This document shows positions 26,446 through 32,000 of a stretch of DNA of 32,000 nucleotides, piece by piece. The notes under the pieces are model-generated. The model worked only from the letters and a program-made list of their open reading frames with translations, was not told where the DNA came from and made no database searches. This DNA comes from Sinorhizobium meliloti (GTDB lineage: Bacteria > Pseudomonadota > Alphaproteobacteria > Rhizobiales > Rhizobiaceae). Made by a program: the position numbers and the translations under genes. Location: assembly GCF_017876815.1 (NCBI RefSeq), contig NZ_JAGIOS010000001.1:1170001-1202000 (forward strand), read 5' to 3'. Positions within the stretch are counted from its first letter, which is position 1, and every line of letters begins with the position of its first letter.

Positions 26446-27060
26446 ATGTCGATCGACGAGAAAGCATCCACTCCCCGGGCGCCCTTGCCGCGCGGCCTGT
26501 TTCGGCGCCTCATCGGCGACCGGAAAGGTGCGACGGCGATCGAATTCGCGATCCTTGCGCTGCCCTTCTTCATCGTCGTCTTCGCCTCGATCGAGACATT
26601 CATCGCTTTTGCCGGCGAGCAATTGCTGGCCAATGCGACGGATACGCTGGCGCGGAAAATCCGCACGGGTGAAATCACCACCGATATCGGCAAGCCCGGC
26701 TTCACGACAGAAACCCAGTTCCGTCAGGCTTTCTGCGACGAAATCGCGATCATGATGACCTGTTCGGCGACCGAGGCGGAGCAAGCCTCGAAACTCCATC
26801 TCGATGTCCGCAAGCTTCCCGCCGATCTCAGCGCGTTTCCGAAAGCGGTGCCGCGGAACGGCTCCGATCTCGACACCAGCGGCTTCACTTTCGCGCCCGG
26901 CGGGCCAAACGACTACACCATGGTACGGGCCTATTACCGCTGGACCGTGATCACCGATCTCGTTCGTCCCCTGGTGACCAAGCTCAGACCCGCCGGCGAC
27001 AGCATGCCGCGCGACTATCTGATGGTCTCCACCGCCACCTTCCGCAACGAAAACTATTGA
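26446..27060 (+). CDS. TadE/TadG-like pseudopilin-type protein
   Basis: GDRKG|ATAIEFAILALPFFIVVFASIETF is the TadE-family N-terminal motif (G/ATAxEF plus a hydrophobic helix). The protein is 204 aa. Confidence 0.82.
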   Translation: MSIDEKASTPRAPLPRGLFRRLIGDRKGATAIEFAILALPFFIVVFASIETFIAFAGEQLLANATDTLARKIRTGEITTDIGKPGFTTETQFRQAFCDEIAIMMTCSATEAEQASKLHLDVRKLPADLSAFPKAVPRNGSDLDTSGFTFAPGGPNDYTMVRAYYRWTVITDLVRPLVTKLRPAGDSMPRDYLMVSTATFRNENY

Positions 27061-27067
27061 GGCTGCC

Positions 27068-27652
27068 ATGGACCGCCTTCACACGCGCAAACAGCACCTG
27101 TGGGGAGCCTTCCACGGCCTGTTACGGGACCGCCGCGGCGCCGGTGCCGTCGAATTCGCCATTGTCGCGCCGCTTCTGATCGCGGCCTATGTCGGCGCTT
27201 TCGAGCTTTCTCTGGGGTTCACGGTCGCGCGCAAGGTCGGGCGGGCGTCGAGTGCGGTGAGCGATATCGTCACCCAGGAGCAGCAGGTGAGCAAGGCCTT
27301 CCTGGACGGCATGCGCAACGTCGCGAGAAACATGCTCGTCCCCTATGACGGCTCCGACTACGACCTCAAGATCACCGGTATCCAGGTGAACGGCACGACG
27401 GAAGGCAAGGTCGCCTGGTCCCGGGGCTGGTCGGACGCGAGCGACGGCGCCACGGTTCCCTACGCGGTCAATTCCGTCGTCAGCGTTCCGGCCGATCTAG
27501 ACGCGGTGAATGCCTTCGTCGTGCGCACCGAACTCGTCGTCAACCACCAGCTTTCCCTGTTCGGCTCGGACGCCGGCGGCACGATCCCGCTCTCCAGGAC
27601 CTCCTATTACCGCCAGCGCTTCGGCACGACCATCAACTGCACGGATTGCTGA
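27068..27652 (+). CDS. TadE-like pseudopilin-type protein (TadE/TadF class)
   Basis: RDRRG|AGAVEFAIVAPLLIAAYVGAFELS is the TadE-family motif. GAGG lies 5 nt upstream of the ATG. It starts 8 nt after the previous gene's stop. Confidence 0.82.
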   Translation: MDRLHTRKQHLWGAFHGLLRDRRGAGAVEFAIVAPLLIAAYVGAFELSLGFTVARKVGRASSAVSDIVTQEQQVSKAFLDGMRNVARNMLVPYDGSDYDLKITGIQVNGTTEGKVAWSRGWSDASDGATVPYAVNSVVSVPADLDAVNAFVVRTELVVNHQLSLFGSDAGGTIPLSRTSYYRQRFGTTINCTDC

Positions 27653-27662
27653 CCGGTCTGGA

Positions 27663-27730
27663 GCGGGATGAGGAAAGTGTGCGCGGTCTTCCGCCCGCCT
27701 ACCCCCTCTGGCCGGCAGGCCAGAGGGGGT
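27663..27730. repeat. Diverged relative or fragment of the mosaic palindromic element, with a 13-bp perfect hairpin
   Basis: GCGGGATGAGG (27663-27673) is identical to 26321-26331. The hairpin aCCCCCTCTGGCC-ggca-GGCCAGAGGGGGt (27701-27730) shares the CCCCTCT/AGAGGGG arm ends of the RIME-like hairpins. No U-tract follows. Confidence 0.55.
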
Positions 27731-27872
27731 GCGCCTCCGACGACATGCATCAATTGCAATGGACAAGGCGGCGCGCTATTTCTGCCGGATTGTGCGGCGA
27801 CGGCCGCGAAAGTCTTAATGGCACCGGCTCGCCGCTTATCGCGCTCGCGCCCGGGATCAGTCAGGGTGTTTC

Positions 27873-29093
27873 ATGGCGCGTGCGTTCCTTTTCGTCCTCG
27901 ATTCCTTCGGCATCGGCAATGCGCCGGACGCAGAGGCTTTCGGCGATCTCGGCGCCGATACGCTCGGACACATCGCGGAGTTCTGCGCGGCGGGAGCCGC
28001 CGACCGGGCGGGCCTCCGGGAAGGGCCGCTCCATCTGCCCAACATGTCGGCGCTCGGTCTCATGCATGCGGCGCGGCTTGCAACCGGGCGGCTTCCCGCC
28101 GGCATGGCGCTGCCGGAACGCGTCTATGGGATCTACGGCGCGGCAAGCGAAGTCTCGCGCGGCAAGGACACGCCGTCCGGCCATTGGGAAATCGCCGGCA
28201 CGCCGGTGACCTTCGACTGGGGCTATTTTCCGGCCGAAGGCGACGCCTTCCCTCCCGAACTCGTCGAAGCGATCTGTCGCGAGGGCGACGTGCCCGGCAT
28301 TCTCGGCAATTGCCATGCTTCGGGTACCGACATCATCGCCCGCCACGGCGAAGAGCATATGCGGAGCGGCAAGCCGATCTGCTACACCTCGTCCGATTCC
28401 GTCTTTCAGATCGCCGCGCATGAACAGACCTTCGGGCTGGAGCGCCTGCTGAACCTCTGCGAGGTCGTCCGCCGGCTCGTCGACGACTACAATATCGGCC
28501 GCGTGATCGCACGGCCCTTCGTCGGCAGCGACCCGGGCAGCTTCACGCGCACCGGCAACCGTCGTGACTATTCGGTGCTGCCGCCGGAGCCGACCGTTCT
28601 CGACCGGCTGCAGGAGGCCGGGCGCACGGTGCACGCGATCGGGAAGATCGGCGATATCTTCGCGCATCAGGGTGTGACCAGGCTCACCAAGGCCAACGGC
28701 AACATGGCGCTGTTCGACGCCAGTCTGGAAGCCATCGAAGAGGCCGAAGACGGGGCGCTCGTCTTCACCAATTTCGTGGATTTCGACATGCTTTACGGCC
28801 ATCGCCGCGACGTGTCCGGCTATGCCGCCGCGCTCGAAGCCTTCGACGCACGCCTGCCCGATCTCGACCGCCGGCTGAAACCGGGCGACATGGTGATCCT
28901 GACCGCCGACCATGGCTGCGATCCGACCTGGCGCGGCACCGACCACACGCGCGAGCGCGTGCCGGTCCTGATGTTCGGCCCGACGCTTCGCAGCCGCTCC
29001 TTCGGCATCGCCGACAGCTTCGCCCATATCGGCGAAACCGTCGCAAGACATCTCGGCATTGGCGTCGGCCCACATGGGAGAAGCCTCATTTGA
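27873..29093 (+). CDS. deoB: Phosphopentomutase
   Basis: [20 protein letters not shown]...[16 protein letters not shown]...[23 protein letters not shown] are DeoB family metal-binding motifs. The protein is 406 aa. Confidence 0.93.
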   Translation: MARAFLFVLDSFGIGNAPDAEAFGDLGADTLGHIAEFCAAGAADRAGLREGPLHLPNMSALGLMHAARLATGRLPAGMALPERVYGIYGAASEVSRGKDTPSGHWEIAGTPVTFDWGYFPAEGDAFPPELVEAICREGDVPGILGNCHASGTDIIARHGEEHMRSGKPICYTSSDSVFQIAAHEQTFGLERLLNLCEVVRRLVDDYNIGRVIARPFVGSDPGSFTRTGNRRDYSVLPPEPTVLDRLQEAGRTVHAIGKIGDIFAHQGVTRLTKANGNMALFDASLEAIEEAEDGALVFTNFVDFDMLYGHRRDVSGYAAALEAFDARLPDLDRRLKPGDMVILTADHGCDPTWRGTDHTRERVPVLMFGPTLRSRSFGIADSFAHIGETVARHLGIGVGPHGRSLI

Positions 29094-30064
29094 CCGCTCA
29101 TCTGAAGAAAGCCGAACTGCATTGCCATATCGAAGGCGCGACGCCGCCGGAACTGGCGCTGAGACAGGCCCGCAAATACGGCGTCGACACCAGCGCGATC
29201 ATCCGCGACAGGGCCTATGTCTGGGAGGATTTCACCAGTTTCGTAAGGTGTTACGACGCCGTCGCCTCGCTTTTTCGCACCGAGGGTGATTATGCGCTTC
29301 TCGCCGAGACCTATCTGACGGAGCTTGCCAAAGCGGGTACGATCTACAGCGAGATCATCGTCTCGCCCGACCACGGCGTAACGATCGGACTCGGCGCCGA
29401 TGCCTATATCGAGGGCCTCGCCGCCGGCATGGAGGCGGCGAGGGTGAAGACCGGCATCGAATCCCGCATGCTGATCACCGGCATCCGCCATCTCGGTCCC
29501 GACTCGGTCATCAGGACCGCCGAATATGCAGCGATGCGCCGGCATCCGCTCGTGACCGGCTTCAATCTGGCCGGCGAGGAGCGCATGCACAGCGTCGCGG
29601 AATTCTCCCGCGCCTTCGACATCGTCCGCGATGCCGGCCTCGGCCTGACCATCCACGCCGGCGAGCTTTCCGGCGCATTCAGCGTGCGCGATGCGCTGGA
29701 CCATGTCCGCCCGGCCCGCATCAGCCACGGGGTCCGGGCGATCGAGGACGGCGATCTCGTGAAGCGCCTTGCCGACGAGGGCGTCGTGCTCGAAGTCTGC
29801 CCGGGCTCGAATGTCGCGCTTCAGGTGTTCCCGGACTTCGCCTCGCATCCGCTGCGGCGGCTTTACGAAGCCGGCGTCCGCGTGACGCTCAATTCCGACG
29901 ATCCTCCCTTCTTCCACACGTCGCTCGCGCAGGAATACGAGATCGCCTTCCACGCGATGGGCTTCTCGGACAGCGAGATCGACCGGATGACGAAGACCGC
30001 GATTGAAGCCGCCTTCGTGGACGAGCCGACGCGAGAGAAGTTGCTGGCTGCGTTACATGTCTAG
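29090..30064 (+). CDS. add: Adenosine deaminase
   Basis: [11 protein letters not shown] (HxH metal site), TIHAGE, and [11 protein letters not shown] are the Add family signatures. TTG start overlaps the deoB stop (TTGA), with GGGAGAAG 7 nt upstream. Confidence 0.9.
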   Translation: MTAHLKKAELHCHIEGATPPELALRQARKYGVDTSAIIRDRAYVWEDFTSFVRCYDAVASLFRTEGDYALLAETYLTELAKAGTIYSEIIVSPDHGVTIGLGADAYIEGLAAGMEAARVKTGIESRMLITGIRHLGPDSVIRTAEYAAMRRHPLVTGFNLAGEERMHSVAEFSRAFDIVRDAGLGLTIHAGELSGAFSVRDALDHVRPARISHGVRAIEDGDLVKRLADEGVVLEVCPGSNVALQVFPDFASHPLRRLYEAGVRVTLNSDDPPFFHTSLAQEYEIAFHAMGFSDSEIDRMTKTAIEAAFVDEPTREKLLAALHV

Positions 30065-30174
30065 TTGCGCGGATGAGAGGGCGCAACTGCACAAGTTCCG
30101 CCTACACCCTTGCGGCCCCCGCCCTTTCCATGGAAAAGAGGGTGGATAGCCAATTTTCGCGGGGAAGATGAGCC

Positions 30175-30804
30175 ATGGACGGCGTAACGGTGATCGGTCA
30201 TCCGCTGGTGCAGCACAAGCTGACCATCATGCGCAAGAAGGAAACGTCGACTGCGGGCTTCCGCCGGCTGCTCAAGGAAATCTCGACGCTGCTCTGCTAT
30301 GAGGTCACGCGCGACCTGGAGCTGACGACCGAACGGATCGAGACGCCTCTCGTGGAAACCGACGCGCCGGTGCTCGAGGGCAAGAAGCTCGTCTTCGCTT
30401 CCATCCTGCGCGCCGGCAACGGCCTGCTCGAGGGCATGCTCGAACTGGTACCCTCGGCGCGCGTTGCGCATATCGGCGTCTACCGGGACCACGAGACTCT
30501 GCAGGCGGTCGAATATTTCTTCAAGGCTCCGGACAACATCAACGAACGCCTCGTCATCGTCGTCGACCCGATGCTCGCCACCGGCAATTCCGCGATCGCG
30601 GCCATCGAGAAGCTCAAGGAGCGCGGTGCGCGGAACATCCGCTTCCTCTGCCTGCTTGCCGCTCCGGAGGGTATCCGCAACTTCCAGGGCGCCCATCCGG
30701 ACGTGCCGATCTTCACGGCCTCGATCGACAGCCATCTCAACGAGAAGGGCTATATCGTGCCGGGCCTCGGCGATGCGGGCGACCGCATGTACGGAACGAA
30801 GTAG
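30175..30804 (+). CDS. upp: Uracil phosphoribosyltransferase
   Basis: PRPP-binding loop [15 protein letters not shown] and C-terminal [17 protein letters not shown]. The protein is 209 aa. Confidence 0.95.
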   Translation: MDGVTVIGHPLVQHKLTIMRKKETSTAGFRRLLKEISTLLCYEVTRDLELTTERIETPLVETDAPVLEGKKLVFASILRAGNGLLEGMLELVPSARVAHIGVYRDHETLQAVEYFFKAPDNINERLVIVVDPMLATGNSAIAAIEKLKERGARNIRFLCLLAAPEGIRNFQGAHPDVPIFTASIDSHLNEKGYIVPGLGDAGDRMYGTK

Positions 30805-30907
30805 GGCTGTCGGCCTACCGTCCTGTCGCCTCGGAAAACGGCGCTGCATCTCGTCAACGAGTCTGATAAGTTGCGGGATGCGGGCGTAAAACCGCACACG
30901 CTTTTCC

Positions 30908-32000
30908 TCATCCCGCTCTGAGCTTCGAAACGATCACCGGCCGTCGCGCCGGCTCCTCGTCTGCGATCGCATAGAGCGTTACGACCCGTTTTGCGATCGC
31001 CTCGGCCTGGCTTTGGTCGGCAGCATGGACGAAGGCGATCGGCTCGCCCTTTTCGACTTTCGTCCCGAGCGGCCTCAGGCCGGTAAGACCGACGCGGTGA
31101 TCGATCCGGTCATCCGGGCGGATGCGCCCGCCGCCGAGCTCGATGACTGCCATTCCCAGTTCGCGCGTCTTGCAGGACGTGAGATAACCATGCCGGCCCG
31201 CCGGCACGGCAAGGATCGCGGGTGCCTTGGCAAGATAGGCGCCCGGGCGATCGACAAAATCGGCAGGGCCGCCGAGCCGATGCACCATGAGGCCGAAGCG
31301 CTCCATCGCCTCCCCGCTCCCCAAAACGCGCCGCGCCATGGCTTCGGCTTCGGCTTCGTGAGCCGCAATACCCGCTGCAACGAGCATCTCCGCAGCCAAG
31401 GCCATCACGACCTGATCGAGGCGGGTTCCCGCTTTCTCGCCGCGCAGATAGGCCAGGCAGTTCTCGATTTCGAGCGCGTTGCCGGCCGCGTCCGCCAGCG
31501 GCTCGTTCATGTCGGTGATCAGCGCAGAGGTGCGCACGCCCGCACCATTGGCGACCTCGACAAGCGAACGCGCCAGGACTTCGGTTTCGGCAGGATCGGT
31601 CATGAAGGAGCCGTTGCCGAGCTTGACGTCGAGCACCAGCGACCGTAGCCCTGCGGCGAGCTTTTTCGACAGGATCGATGCGGTGATCAGCGGCACCGAA
31701 TCGACCGTCGCCGTCACGTCGCGGATCGCATAGAGGCGCTTGTCGGCCGGCGCCAGATCGGCCGTCTGGCCGATGATCGCGCAGCCGACCTCGTCGGCCA
31801 CGCGGCGGAACAGTTCCGGCGAAGGCTGGATGTCATAGCCGGGGATCGATTCGAGCTTGTCGAGCGTCCCGCCGGTGTGGCCGAGCCCCCGGCCCGAAAT
31901 CATCGGCACGGCCGCACCGCAGGCGGCGACGATCGGCGCCAACATGAGCGAGACATTGTCGCCGACTCCGCCCGTCGAGTGCTTGTCGACAATGGGGCGT
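30908..32000 (-). CDS. deoA: Thymidine phosphorylase. Partial: the N-terminus lies beyond the window end.
   Basis: The frame stays open upstream of the track start. My translation of 32000-31943 gives RPIVDKHSTGGVGDNVSLM (the DKHSTGGVGD phosphate-binding signature), followed by ISGRGLGHTGGTLDKLESIPGY. Confidence 0.92.
   Translation of the reverse strand, partial: RPIVDKHSTGGVGDNVSLMLAPIVAACGAAVPMISGRGLGHTGGTLDKLESIPGYDIQPSPELFRRVADEVGCAIIGQTADLAPADKRLYAIRDVTATVDSVPLITASILSKKLAAGLRSLVLDVKLGNGSFMTDPAETEVLARSLVEVANGAGVRTSALITDMNEPLADAAGNALEIENCLAYLRGEKAGTRLDQVVMALAAEMLVAAGIAAHEAEAEAMARRVLGSGEAMERFGLMVHRLGGPADFVDRPGAYLAKAPAILAVPAGRHGYLTSCKTRELGMAVIELGGGRIRPDDRIDHRVGLTGLRPLGTKVEKGEPIAFVHAADQSQAEAIAKRVVTLYAIADEEPARRPVIVSKLRAG

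Noticed and set aside
27646-28423. ORFs 27646..28209 and 27668..28423 filling the tadE-like/deoB gap.
   Set aside because: They are Arg/Pro-rich, overlap the deoB coding frame, and have no motifs or SD. The gap is better explained by the hairpin element and the deoB promoter region.

Overview
High-GC alphaproteobacterial DNA. Gene content and the palindromic intergenic repeats suggest Rhizobiaceae, possibly Sinorhizobium/Ensifer; this is an inference I could not check by search. The window looks like conserved chromosomal backbone, not an accessory island. Left to right: (1) on the minus strand, a partial MsbA-like ABC exporter, glk and mgsA; (2) mepA, divergent from a yejABEF-type peptide ABC importer that has a 2-hydroxyacid dehydrogenase appended; (3) a minus-strand block of a cytoplasmic SH3b-NlpC/P60 peptidase translationally coupled to a short MarR regulator, then an M17 aminopeptidase; (4) a complete Tad/Cpa (Flp) pilus locus: Flp pilin, cpaA-F, tadB and tadC on the minus strand, a TadD-like TPR lipoprotein convergent to it, and on the far side a stand-alone secretin-N-domain protein plus two TadE-like pseudopilins; (5) a nucleoside salvage cluster, deoB-add-upp, convergent with a partial deoA. 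Intergenic space holds two repeat families. One is a RIME-like mosaic palindromic element with terminal inverted repeats, present as three full or composite copies plus fragments. The other is a roughly 105-nt structured repeat present twice. One 1.3-kb IS4-type insertion sequence sits inside a hairpin loop of a mosaic element. I found no rRNA, tRNA, CRISPR array, prophage, or recognisable defence or toxin system. I do not see convincing evidence for a wholly new multi-gene system. The least-characterised items are the stand-alone secretin-N-domain protein, the MarR-NlpC/P60 module within a neighbourhood of murein and peptide turnover genes, and the second repeat family. All functional calls rest on motif recognition by eye, and no database search was possible.
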